From assembly GCA_027604505.1 (NCBI GenBank), contig JADIIX010000031.1, positions 124,001-181,586 of the forward strand: DNA of 57,586 nt, in the 5' to 3' direction. The position numbers and the translations under genes are program-made. The notes under the pieces were generated by a model, which worked only from the letters and a program-made list of their open reading frames with translations, was not told where the DNA came from and did not search any database. Below, piece by piece: positions 1-11,923 of this stretch (positions are counted from its first letter, which is position 1; each line of letters begins with the position of its first letter). This stretch comes from Gonapodya sp. JEL0774. Lineage: Eukaryota.

Positions 1-3000
1 TGAGGTGTGGCCTTAACAGGTCCATGATGTCCTCCATGTCCTGGCACTTGCTGAGATTGCCCGCCCGCCGGTTGTCCAGGAAATGCATAGCCTGCCGGAT
101 ATCTCTCATCTACCGCACCTGCCAAGAGAGCCGGAGGAAATGCACCATAGCCGGCCGCACCAGCGGCTAGGAGCTGGCCCGGGTAACCGGCGAGCTGATG
201 ATGGGTGGCTGGAGCAAACTGACGCGCCCCGAGCACACCAGACGACGGTGGACTAAAGTAAGGTGGAGAGACGGGACGAGGAATGGCGTTCGATGGGGTG
301 TGGCCGCTTAGAGGGCGGGAAGACGGCATAGATGTGGAGTACGGGCCAGGCGAGCCAGGGGTGGATGAATAGCTCTGACGGCCAGTAGGAATCGGCCGAT
401 GAGGAAGGTGCGGGTGTGCAGTTGAGAGAGGTGGAGGTGGCGAAGACGTTCGCTGACGATCGTGTAGCCTCATCAGACCAGAAGCCTGGTTCGATTGAGA
501 GCCTCCGCCGGCCGTCGACGGAGGACCTTGAGATGCTCGCTTCTTAGGGTCACGCTGCGGCAGGATGCGTGCCGAGAGTCCAGGAGAAGATACAGAATTG
601 TTTGTAGCCGAATATTTGTTATCTTCAGTAAGATCCTTGTCATCCTTGCCCTTCTTTTTATCCCGTTTGAAGATGCCCATCAACGACGACAACAATCCCT
701 TCTTCTCCCTCCCAGGCCCCGATTTGTACCCGGCATCCGTCTCGCCTCCTGCGAGGAACCCACCGCCATCGGTTTCGTCTCCGGTAGCGCCAGTTGGGAC
801 CCGAGATCTGCGCATTTCCTGGCTTTGGTTAGTCGACTCTCCTGCGTTGCGGATCATTCCAGCAAGAGTCCAAGAGGTAGAATCGTTTCGACTTCCGACA
901 GTAGTGCTGAGTCTACTAGAGTTCATGTTGTTCCCGTTGGCGGAGCCTAGGGTGGTCGATGAGAGGGATGCCAGAGTTGATGATCCGCCTGAGCCGAACC
1001 CACCAACACTGACCGATCCAAGATTGCTGGATCCAATAGCTGCGGATCCTGGTGGGGTAGGGAACGCGGAAGCCTGCGTTGCACCATACGATCCCAAGTG
1101 AACCTCCACGTCACCCACACCTGGTGTACCTCCCCCAATTTTCTCCTCAAAGGTGCTCCAGGTCATCGCTGAGCCACGTGACGCCTCTCTACGTAGCTTT
1201 ACTCCCGAAGACAAGGCCGCATATGCCCCCATCGGCTCATCCGTCTGTCCGTTCCTGCCTGGCCTGACCCCGTCTTCCGACGTCCTTCCACTAGCTCCAC
1301 CACTGGCAGTTGCATTCACAGTCGATCCGACCGACTCGAAATGCCTCCTAGCCATCGCTGCAAGCTTACTCGATGGTCCCCTCGAAACCGGAGTGTACTC
1401 GTCTCCACCCACCCTGGACAGATCCGCGGACATCCGGGACGCCAAGAGAGCTGAAAAACTGATTCCCGAGCCACTCCGTGCGTGACTAGAGCTCGGATCT
1501 GCGCCTGGGGTGATGGGACGGACCTTTGGGGACCGCGGCATGGCGGCGTTTGCCGCCGCGTTGTCTGCCGCGGAGTGCAACGACATGGAAAGCGACAAAG
1601 GTTGAAGCTTGGGCGAGCTCCCACCGCCAGTACCTTCCCGTTCGTACGAGAAGGGCATGTGCGCCATTGCAACCCTCTGCTGGCCCTGAGAAGCATCCGT
1701 GGCGCCACCTAGTCCGCTCAGTCTCGATGTCGCCGATCCGACATAATCCGATACGCGACGTGATGCGGCAGGGACCGATGGCGATCTTGCCGATTTACGT
1801 TCCTTGCCTGTAGCAGCCAACAGGGCATCGGCGTCCGAAGTTGCCCGCTGGACTCGCCGACCCGACGGACGCGCGGTGAGTGAAGCCCCGCCACCGTCAC
1901 CGGGAGCAGTACCTGTTGGGGTTTCAGGTCGGGGCTGGGAGGTTGGCGGGGGTTGAGATGGGGACCGCTTGTGTATGGACAAGCCTGAAAGGAGCTGGCG
2001 GACGGAACGGCGCTCGCGACGGCTAGGAAGGGCGGCTGGCGGAGAAGTCGATCCCTCGGGAACGTTCTCAGCGGCCGGAGCGGATGATGGTGTGGTCGAA
2101 GGAGCTCGTTTTGGAAGGAGTCCGTTGGCACGCCAAGGTTCCGAAACAGATCTTCCCAAGGCCGAAGCCCCCGACGACGGATCTGACGGAGGTGTCGGAG
2201 ACCGCGCCTGGGGAGGTCCTTGTGTTGGTTGCTGGAGCTGCGGTGGGTTGGACGACAGCGGTGAAGCAGGAAGTAATGGCCCGGGGGACGTGGGGCCCGG
2301 AGGAAACTGGAGACCAAACGATTGGAGCAACGGAGGCTTGGGTAGGCCAGCAGCCGTGGACCAGGAATCGTACGAGAACCGCTGTGCGTCCGACAGGTAG
2401 GGTCCCGGTGCAGCTTGCGTGGTAGTTGACGCAGCGATCGCGTTGTTGCCAAAGTAGCTGGTCCGGGAGGTAGATGTCGGCGAATAAGGGGTATTGGAGG
2501 GGTTAAGATCGTCGGAGATAGTAGGAGAAAATTGTAGGTTGGGGAGGAGCGGTGCCTAAAAAGGTGGAGTGTGGGAGACGTGAATGACAATGGTGAGTGC
2601 ACAATGGTGGATTCGTGCGTCCACGTCCGTGTTTCCCGGGAACATCACAGCGAACTCCTGCATTCCAAACATCCGAGCAATTTTTGGAGTTGCCTCAAAG
2701 CTGGGCTCAAACGGGTCCCAATGTCAGGGACAAGTAGGTCACTCGAACGGCTCCCCTCGATAGGCCACCATCCCACAGCGAATTCCGATTTCGGGAGAAA
2801 GCACTCCCACCAGCGTGACATAAAAAACGAGTGTGGGATGGTGATCGGCGCTGGGAGCGCCGCACCGAAAGTGACCCTCGCGACCCTGACTCCCCATTCC
2901 CCGACACTCGATCAGGTTCCCGACGCCCCCCCAGATTTGGGCATGCCACTCCAGTCACACAGAATACATCGATATTGATATGTTCAACTCACAGCTGAAA

Positions 3001-3625
3001 GACTCCAAAACGCATTGGTGGAGCCGTCCAAGCTGCCGTAACCCGATCGCCGCTTTTCGGGTGGGCGAGGTGGTGCAGAAGGGGAGGTCGCCGGTGACGG
3101 GGTCTGTTGTGGAGTTGTTCCGTTACCGTAAATGTTGTTGGAAGGTTGGAAAGAAGCAGCGATCTGCTGAATGAACTGGCGCTGCTCGAGCACACTACTT
3201 CCAGACGTTGACCGGGAGCGGGAGTGTGTTTTGTGAGATGGCGGGGTATTCTGCGGGGTCACAGAGATTGAGTTCAAAGGTGTTGTGCCTGTAGGCGAGG
3301 ATGCGCGGGAGAGTCCGGCGGGGACACCGGAGAGACGGTTGGAAGGAGGTGCTACCGAAACGGTCGGTGGGGTTGGAGTAGGAGCAGGAGTAGGAGCTGC
3401 CGAAGCCCGCGAGACCGAGCGCGAGGAGTTCGATGGCGCAGTTGCAATTGATTGAGACTCGTCCTTGGCGTCCGCGAGCGAGTGACTGGACCTCTTCTTT
3501 CGAGGCATGAGGGTGTTGAGCATTCCGCGGATCGAGCCGTGGCGCTCACGGTCTCGTTCCCGCTCCCGTTCTCGCGAGGGGAGCCGCCGTCTGTTGGACG
3601 GTGGTTCCGCTAGAGTGTCCGCCAT
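1..3625 (-). CDS. Large Ser/Pro/Gly-rich, probably disordered protein; 3' part lies outside the window
   Basis: Exon 1 is 3625-2993 (211 codons, MADTLAEPP...). A phase-0 GTGAGT...TTTAG intron spans 2992-2556. Exon 2 is an uninterrupted frame from 2555 to the window edge (APLLPNLQFSPTISDD...MEDIMDLLRPHL, about 850 codons). It is absent from the ORF track because no stop is reached. No domain recognised. Confidence 0.85.
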
Positions 3626-5002
3626 CTTTACCCGAACGAGGGATCAGGATATCGGGGTGGGGATGCCAACCAATACCGACTAGTTCCCAAGGAGGGAGCC
3701 AGCGAGAGTAGAACTCGCGGCCGGCAATTTCTACAACAGAAATAATCAGTGGTATTCGGGTTTTAAACGACCTCTATGAATCCCGAAAACGAATCTGTAG
3801 CACTCTCGCTGAGAACCGCACACCTTTTGCTGATTTTCCACCAGACGCACCCTCCCGCGCCCCTGTTCTCCAACTCACCTCGTCCGCTTCGTACCACTTC
3901 CAGAAAGTTTCCCGGTTTGCTCCAGTCCTGGCGCTGTCAGACGCCACCAGCGAACAAATGAAAGGCGGACGGAAAAGCGTCCTGCGCCTTGGGGTCCCTT
4001 CCGTTGTAGACTTTCGCGCCTGCGGATCACGGCGCTGTCACCGTCCTCTTTGCCGAAAAACTTTGAGTTTTCTGTCGCGGGCGTCGTCGGATTTCTCTGC
4101 GTGAGGGTTGGGTAGTTCGAACGGCTGACGGGATCAGGATGTGGCGTTTCGGAGTATGGGGATATAACGCCTCACACCTACACACAAAGGAACGAAAGCG
4201 TGAAATAACACGCTCAAATCTGCACAATAAACGAGCCGAATCTTATCGCCCAGCTTGATAAAATTTGGCCTTGACGGGTTCCGAAGACCGCATTACTGCA
4301 TGGCAGAGAATGTGAACATTCACAGATCGGAGGTCTCCAGTTTCTTGACTATCAAAATTCGAAATCGGCTCTGGAATTGAGAATTGAGCTGCCCAAGTCC
4401 AGAACTCCACGGCGCAGACCGCGGACCTTTTTCGAGAGTGTCCCTCGCCGGGTTACCTGGCTCGGAGAATGAGACCAGTACGGGGTTCTTACGCGACCCC
4501 GTTCATATAGAGAAGAATCAGGTGTACATTTTCGTGCCAGAAATTTCAGAGCTCTATGGGCTTGCTTTTGGCATTGATCTCTTCATGTTCGAAGATTGGC
4601 AGTTGGTTTGTGCACTTTATTGCCAACGAACTCATGAACTGATTGACAACCCGCAGATAGCTGGGACAAGCATACGAAAGCAGCCATAAGTGATATCAAA
4701 TCGTTTCGGATGGTTATATGGACAAGATGGACGAGCGTCTACCCTTCATACGCCCCCGGTTCTATGTCAAAGCACCAGGCACCACCCCAAGTAAAAGCCC
4801 GGGAAATGCAGGTGAAAGTTTGCGCTCACGGTGTTCCGCGGTATTCCTAAATTTACCGTCATCACTCGGCCGTATCAACTACAGAGCTGAAGAGCACATG
4901 TACAGTTCCCTCACCCGTGCTTTCATTCCTCTAGAATAGCAGTTGTCACAGAACACTTATACGAGAACCCCGCACACAACACCACGAAAGTATCAGTCAC
5001 AA

Positions 5003-7181
5003 CTACTTTATCAACCTCTTAACCTCTTCGTAACAGACAAACGCCACACCTGCGGCCGGCACCGCCTTTAACAGCATCGCTGGCCAGCCTCTGTAGAATC
5101 CCAGCAGACCCTCGCCTGCAAATGTCTGCTTCACACAGTCGAGAGCGGAACTGTACACCGTAGGGTGGGATGGTGTGCGTTGTGCTTGGAGACTTGGTAT
5201 CGGTAAGATGCAATATCAAGGTCCCGAGCGACGTAAAGTGTTGGCCGCATCCACCGCCACGACAAAGAGGAATGTGAGATGCATTAGCAAGTGCTTTGAG
5301 CGCGAATTCTCGACGATCTTGATCACCTGTTACCCAGGGATTCACAACACTTACCCAATTCTCACGAGGTTGAAAGGATGTGTCACCGTTCCCGCCAGGG
5401 CTGGCTACATTCAGATCGATCCAGACGGGCGGGAGTGATATCCGGTATGAGACTGAAATCATTTCTACCCAGATGACGGACCAGGGAAGGGAGGGTTCCG
5501 TGTCACAAAACGTGGAGATCCATTCACCGCCCCGCACCCAGCACCCAACACCTCGCCCTGTCCCAGCACCTCATCCACGTCCTGCCCCGGTCTCAACTTT
5601 TCATATCTCTTCCCTTGCTTACGCGTGGCCCGCCATCGCTTGATCGCCTCGAACGACCAGTAGTTGAGGCCAGAGTAGGGAACGATGCCGAGGCAGGCGG
5701 GAAGTGCCCCGCCAAAGAAACCTCTGATGCCCGAGGTGGTGTAGATAGTACGAGCGGTGGAAATATCAAGTGAGCCAGGCGTTGCTGGAGTGCCAGATGG
5801 TGTGTGAGAGGGAGGCGTGCGGGTGGGGGAAGGGGGCTTTCCTTGACGACCGTGGTCGGGCCGAGTGTGGGACGGTGGGGGAACAGCGGTGGTGCAGGGA
5901 CCTTTGATGCTGCAGAGAGGTGTTCTGGAGATGTAACGGTGGTGGTTTGGTGGGAGATCTCGCTTATCATCTGCGATCTTTGGCACGATCCGAATGCACA
6001 GCAGTGACGAATGGTTCGCACGGTTGTGGAACCAGAGACATACAAAAGATGTCATTAAACCATACCAAGATACGTCAACGGTGGCTTCAAAGATTTTGGA
6101 ACTCACCTGACTGTGTCCAGCGGATAAATTGTGATCTGGCTCGCGAACCCCGCGGCACCCCCACCAACCAAATTCTCCAGCCCCTCCCCGTCCACAGCAC
6201 CAGTTGCCCAGCTCCCCCCTTTCATCCGCGTCACCCCCCAAGTTTTCACCTGTTCGTAGGTCGCGAAGCTCACCCCTTGCTCGGGGAAGATTTTGACGCA
6301 GTTGACACCGTTCCCCCTCCAAAACCCGCGAAGCCACCAGAGGAGCGGTAGATGGCCCGTGTAGCAGATCCGAGGGACCCAAGGCTTAAAATTGCGGTAG
6401 GAAAACGGTGATTTGTGGGGTTGATGTGGTGAGAGCTATAGTTGTACGGTCCCACGGTGCCCGTTTGAATGTAGATACGGAGACGGTCGAGCGGGGCTGT
6501 AGCTGAGCAGGAGACTGCACCAGATTCCTCCACTCAGAAAGCTGATTATTAGCGTGTTCGATGGAGTTAGTGAAGGCCAATCGGTCAAAAATCGAAAGCC
6601 GCAGCTACCACGTCATTGTCGCTACTCACGAAAGCCAACCACTCCCCACTTGCTTGATGTCTTTCCTCACATCTCGTCCATACACAGGACTAAATCCATG
6701 TGCAAGTTCGGATCATATAGCATTCGGTATCTCGCCAACATTGTCCTCAGCTCCCCTTCTTCACTCGAGTCGCGACAAGAGCCACGACTGGAGGCACATC
6801 TGCATTTTTCGAGCCGCGGCTTCGATTCTGCCGTCGAAGAGCCTCATAGAATTCAGGGGGGATGGCGCGTGAGAAGGTTTGAGAAAATTCCGTCGCAGTG
6901 ACGCAGCCGTCGTGGTCAGTGTCGAGTGTGTGGAAAAGACGGGAGAGGTCCGCTGGGGGTATCGCTACGCCTTTAAAGATTTCACAAAATGGAGACTTCG
7001 ATCTTTCTGTCTTGCCTTGATTCTGCTTCGATCAGAGCTTTCTGCTTTTTTCGGACCCACCTGCATCCCGGAATCCGCGTTCGAGGTCTTCACGATTAAT
7101 CAGGCCATCAGAATCAATATCTAGCGATTCAAATGCCCGTGCGAGATCGTCTTTGTGGTCAGAGTTTCCGGTGGTGCCCAT
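5003..7181 (-). pseudogene. Ca2+-binding mitochondrial carrier (Sal1/SCaMC ATP-Mg/Pi carrier type), frameshifted
   Basis: Two EF-hand loops (DIDSDGLINREDL, DTDHDGCVTATEF) precede carrier motifs APLDRLR, FWRGNGVNCVKIFPE, YPLDTVRSQM, GIRGFFGG...IVPYSG, LQAQRTPSHP and EGLLGFYRGW...KAVPA...YEEVK. The motifs lie in different frames with no intron between them (lesions near 6522 and 6321-6324, plus others). Confidence 0.75.
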
Positions 7182-7515
7182 TAAGTGATCGTGTGAAATT
7201 GCGAGAAAGCCGCGTCATCCCTCCTCCGGAAGAGGGTGTTCTCTGTTAGTTATTACATCATACAACATTGCCACACTAATATCTAATACGCTGATTTCAG
7301 TTTCAAAACTTAACGTAATCGACTTGATATTCAAAACTGCGCCTACAACTACAGATAGTACAAACACCTGAATCAGTACATTGAACTCCCCAAGAGCTAT
7401 TGTCGTTCGATCACCTCACCACTAACACACTAATAGGAAGCTTCAGAAACCACTGACGAGTTCTGCCAGTGCCGCACCTATAATCCAGCACCAAAATGTC
7501 CATGACCTCTCGCTC

Positions 7516-9786
7516 TTACGGCCTTGGCATCTCTCGGCATGCGCATTTAGATTTCTCCCAGTGGCGGCGCAGCCCCCAAATATCAGCGTACTGACGTGTA
7601 TTGTCGATAGGGGAGTCGTCGTGGGTTTCCAATTTCAGTTCGAGATGAAAGGAACAACTAAATAGGAGACTCACCACTCTGCCTGTCACGGGGCACATGG
7701 TGCCTCCAGTAGCTTTTCGTTTTTGTCTGTACATCTGTTGAGTGACTCTAATTCGACGGAATCGGCGGCGATCAAGAGGAAAGGGAAGACAAACCATTCC
7801 GATATAGCATCCGACAAACAAAATAAAAGTACGCAAGCACATAAGCCACCTTGCAACGCACCTCCGCTTATCCACCGAATCTCTGTCATCAGATCTGTGT
7901 CTTCCTCCTCCCTCAACCATCTGACCGATCATAGTCCCCATCCCCATTCCCAGTCCCGCCATCCCCTGTACGCTCCCGTACTGTACCCCCTGCATGCCGG
8001 TCATGCCTATGCCCGGAACGTGCACTGGCACCGGAACAGGTAATTGCATGCCTTGCATCCCTGCCATCGTTTGGTACGGCATGTGCTGGTACTGGACATG
8101 AACCGGTTGAGCTTGCATGCCACCCATTGACTGCGGATCGGAGACAAGAACGTATTGGACGTTTTGCTGTTGCTGTTGATGTTGTTGATGCTGCTGCTGC
8201 TGCTGTTGGTTGTGATTGGGGGATGGGGCAGTGGTGCCGTATTGGTTCTGTCCAGTACCGGTTGAAGAGGTGTGCATGGTCGTAGTGCTTGACGTGGACA
8301 TGTTGGAAAGGGAGAAAGACGAAGATGACGTCGGAGAGTGCGCGTCGGCACACACCATGCCCGACGGGACAAAGTTGTGGAAGTTGACGCCATACTGCGC
8401 CGCGAACGGTTGAAGCGTCTGGTCCACTTGCACACCTCCCGTCGGCGCTGCAGCAGAGTACTGGAAAAAAGGGAAGGACTGAGACTGCTGCTGCTGATGC
8501 TGCTGATGGTAGTGACTGACATGCCCGTGGTGGTGCGACGGCGACTCTGGGGATCCATACGCGTTGTGTTCAACGTGTTCGTGCGAAATGGTGTTACCGC
8601 CATGTGCCATCGACGCCGATGAAGATTGGGTCGTACCACTCATGTGATCCATCGCGTCGCTCGGGCCGCCGCCCATATGACCTTGTTCAACACCGGATCC
8701 CATTTGCTGGTGCTGGTGTTGGTGCGGTACTTCCGAAGCTGACATGTAATTCTGCATGCCCGCGCCCATGTTGACATTGATCGGCATCTGCAACGGAACC
8801 AAAAATGTCTGTTCTGCCCCGACGTCCACGTTCATGCCCATGCCCATACCGGCGCCATTGCCCACGGATGCGGACAGCGGAGCACCGTACGGAGAGTAAG
8901 AAGCGTATCCTGGGTAACTAGAAAACGTTGCCGAGAACGAGTTTGGATCAAAAGAGGTGGGAAGAGACACTAGTGTCGCCGAAGACGGGGCAGTTGGGGG
9001 GATCGACATCTGCGCAGTAGCTGCGGATGAGAGTGCGACACAGCTGGAGTTGGTGTCCTCATGATCTGCAGCAGAGAGGTCTGAGCCAATGATGTTTGGT
9101 GCTTGGGATCTGGGTGAGAAAGCGATGGGAGGGTGATGGTCTATGGAAAGGCAGGTTGAAGAGGAGTGGGTCGTCAGCGGAGCCGGTTTGGACGACGGTC
9201 GGCGTTGAGACTTCGATGGAGAAAGCGGAGCGGACGGTATGGAAGGGAGGCCAGAGACGGGGTCGTGGAGTTGCTGAGATGGGACTTGCTCCAGGACGAT
9301 TGGTCGTTTTGGAGTTGCAACACTGTTTCCTTGTGTCAGAGCGAGAGGACGGTCGTCGTCGTCCTCTGCAGTTTCATTAGAGTGGTGATGGTGCTGCGAT
9401 GCGTTCGTAATCGTAGCGGTCGTCGTGGCTACGTGGTGCGGGTGCGTCGGTGACGGGTGACTCCACTCCATGGACCCGGCAAGTGTTTTCGAGCTTGTCG
9501 AGTCGGTGTTGTTCAACTTGGCTTCCGATCCGGGATGACCGGGGCGCTTTTGTTTCTTTGACGAAGCGACTTTCTCATACGCATCTCCGAGTCCCGCTTC
9601 TGTGTCGTGCGTAGTAGCGAGCGTTGCAGCGCTCATTCCCAGGGGCGGCGGGTTCCGGACCAAAAACTCATCGGAGATTGCCGGAGTGAGAACTACTGAA
9701 GGGGTGCGCGCGAGTTTTTCGGACGAGGCAGGACGGGAGGGCTTTCCTGGCTGCGCGAGTGCCGAGTCGGAGTGCAGGGGATTCAT
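7516..9786 (-). CDS. Q/H/M/S-rich low-complexity protein with a C-terminal basic segment and zinc-finger-like motif; putative transcription regulator
   Basis: First ATG of the long ORF is at 9786. Likely introns are 7861-7748 and 7674-7591. The spliced C-terminus reads DKRRVTQQMYRQKRKATGGTMCPVTGRVYADIWGLRRHWEKSKCAC. Confidence 0.75.
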   Translation of the reverse strand: MNPLHSDSALAQPGKPSRPASSEKLARTPSVVLTPAISDEFLVRNPPPLGMSAATLATTHDTEAGLGDAYEKVASSKKQKRPGHPGSEAKLNNTDSTSSKTLAGSMEWSHPSPTHPHHVATTTATITNASQHHHHSNETAEDDDDRPLALTQGNSVATPKRPIVLEQVPSQQLHDPVSGLPSIPSAPLSPSKSQRRPSSKPAPLTTHSSSTCLSIDHHPPIAFSPRSQAPNIIGSDLSAADHEDTNSSCVALSSAATAQMSIPPTAPSSATLVSLPTSFDPNSFSATFSSYPGYASYSPYGAPLSASVGNGAGMGMGMNVDVGAEQTFLVPLQMPINVNMGAGMQNYMSASEVPHQHQHQQMGSGVEQGHMGGGPSDAMDHMSGTTQSSSASMAHGGNTISHEHVEHNAYGSPESPSHHHGHVSHYHQQHQQQQSQSFPFFQYSAAAPTGGVQVDQTLQPFAAQYGVNFHNFVPSGMVCADAHSPTSSSSFSLSNMSTSSTTTMHTSSTGTGQNQYGTTAPSPNHNQQQQQQHQQHQQQQQNVQYVLVSDPQSMGGMQAQPVHVQYQHMPYQTMAGMQGMQLPVPVPVHVPGIGMTGMQGVQYGSVQGMAGLGMGMGTMIGQMVEGGGRHRSDDRDSVDKRRCVARWLMCLRTFILFVGCYIGMVCLPFPLDRRRFRRIRVTQQMYRQKRKATGGTMCPVTGRVVSLLFSCSFHLELKLETHDDSPIDNTRQYADIWGLRRHWEKSKCACREMPRP
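8164..8208 (-). repeat. CAG/CAA trinucleotide tract (polyQ) within CDS
   Basis: (ctg/ttg)n on the plus strand, encoding QQQQQQHQQHQQQQQ. Confidence 0.9.
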
Positions 9787-11709
9787 TGACGAGCTGGAGA
9801 GATCTGGGAGGGAGGGAGTTGAGTCTTGGCGGTGGTGTTGGAAGATTTCACAAACCGTGGCTGAAACAATTGATGAAAAGATTCGGGGAGGTAGGTGCAA
9901 GAGGGAAGGTGGGCAAGGTCGTCGGATATTGAAGTGACAGAAACACCACGGTGGTTGGGAATGTGAGGAACGATCCAAAAGAAAGACTCGTTCACGAATG
10001 TGGCTGTCACATACCGAGCAAATCTAAAGACTCCTCTTTGTGGATTGAAGCTGGCTTGGACCTGGTTTGAGGAGGTGACGACCGAGCTGGAATGTAGTGC
10101 GGTTAAGCAGGAAGAGCGTACACGAACGAGGAAGAAGAGAGAAGAATCAGTTGGATCAGTAACTAGTTAGTGGATTCCGAGGATAAATATAGTCCACCAC
10201 GTGTCACGACTGATTTTCTGCAATGATGGTGATGGATCGATGAATCCACGTCGGGGTTGCGTCGAATGTACGTTCACAGCTCCCGAACCGATACGACACT
10301 CGATCACATCAGATTCGTAAACATCATTTAGCAACGTGTGCTTCCTCCGTTCTCTATCCTGGCGTTCCAACCGAGTCTCATTCATTCAGTGGGACCAGGG
10401 CACGATGGAGACTCACCTTCCGGATCCAGAGTGATCGGTCTCGATGCCGGCTGTTTGGATGGCGCTGGACCATTCCTGCTTCGCGGAGTTCGCATAGCAA
10501 AGTGTCTTGATCTTGCACTGATGTATACGCTCTAATTCGCCGAGTGATTCGCCAGTGATGTATGAAGAACCAAGGTGATGATCGGCGAGCAAATGCGGAT
10601 CTCCACTCGCTTCTCAGCACCAGCAATTGTTAGAATACTGCAAGATGAGTTCGAATCGCTCCAAGTGGTTGACTCCAAGCGGTGGACTCTCTCCGCTCGC
10701 TCTCGATCAGAATTGCTTCTGGATGGGCGATTGATGCCGATTCTCGTTTGTGATCGCTCCCTCCTGCGCTCTCTTCGCCGTTATCCAAAAGCAGCTATCG
10801 AACGTCGTCCGCGTGTGAAGACAGAGTTGGCGAGGTGCGAGAATTTGCGAAGTACGAGTGGGGTTCGGGGGATCGATGAGCTGGAACGCGTAAAGGACTC
10901 CTGCGACACAAAATTCTCCGATTCCCAATCCACCGACCCTTATCACAATGCGAATAGTGAACAGTAGAAATGGCTGAAAACTGGCTTTGCTTCAAAGCTA
11001 TATAAGAATATGAACGGGACCCAGAGCAAGATCTTGTACGTTTCCTATGGACTTGCGTCTGGTAGAGATATGTCGAGATGTTGGAGCGTTTCACGCCATC
11101 AGTTATACTGGTCGGTACCCACTGCTGTACTATCGCAGTCAGATGCGTATGTCCTCTTGAATTTCATGTACGCAGCTGCCCATACGTTAGAATTCCACCG
11201 GTATTATGGTGTGCATGATGAATAGTGCCAAACCATGACCTATATGGAATGATGCGATCCCCACTTGCGGCACATTGCCATCGTGGCGACAACGGTACCG
11301 TCAAAGATACACTGGATTGGTTGAACGGTTTGGCAATTTCGCCTTTACAAAGAAAGTCCCTGCGCACACACATTAATCTGCACATGGACAGTTCGATGTA
11401 TATCCAACGAAACACGCCAACCCTACAAACACACACGCACAAAAGAAAAGAGACAGAAGAAGCTTGGATGGGGGATCAGAACAAAGTACAGCAGGAGAAA
11501 AGCTCATCGATCATTGCAGCGATAAACACGACTTCCAAAAAGGGAACGCATACGAGAGGAGAACAAACGAAAAGCGGGCGCGACGCGACACACAAAAGAG
11601 GCTATGAAAACAGGGATCAGGATGAAAAAAAGGGCGAGACATAACCGGGGGATGGACAGAATCGGCCGATCATAAAGGAGGACCCAACGAAGAAAACAGT
11701 ACGAGAGAT

Positions 11710-11737
11710 ACCGTCCACCGTCCACCGTCCACCGTCC
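11710..11737. repeat. 7-bp tandem repeat (ACCGTCC) x4
   Basis: Four perfect copies in the presumed 3' UTR of the CBM48 gene. Confidence 0.9.
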
Positions 11738-11923
11738 CTGTCTCCACCACGACAGCGACACACACATACAAACACGCACCCGCACACGCACTGCCTCTTC
11801 AAGCTGAATCACCACCACGCAACTTCGCCATCAGGTATGACACTCAGACCTCCCATCTCTCCCAGTCGCACGGTCGACGGCACAAGACCCACAGTTTATC
11901 CTGGCCTGGCCTTCCATCCACTT

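Noticed and set aside
495..2602. Listed ORFs in the first 2.6 kb, including the 294-aa ORF 1718..2602
   Set aside because: Antisense or off-frame shadows of the long minus-strand exon 2555-1.
9787..9978. First 64 aa of the 820-aa ORF
   Set aside because: Begins at a non-ATG codon; the first ATG is at 9786, so this is probably 5' UTR.
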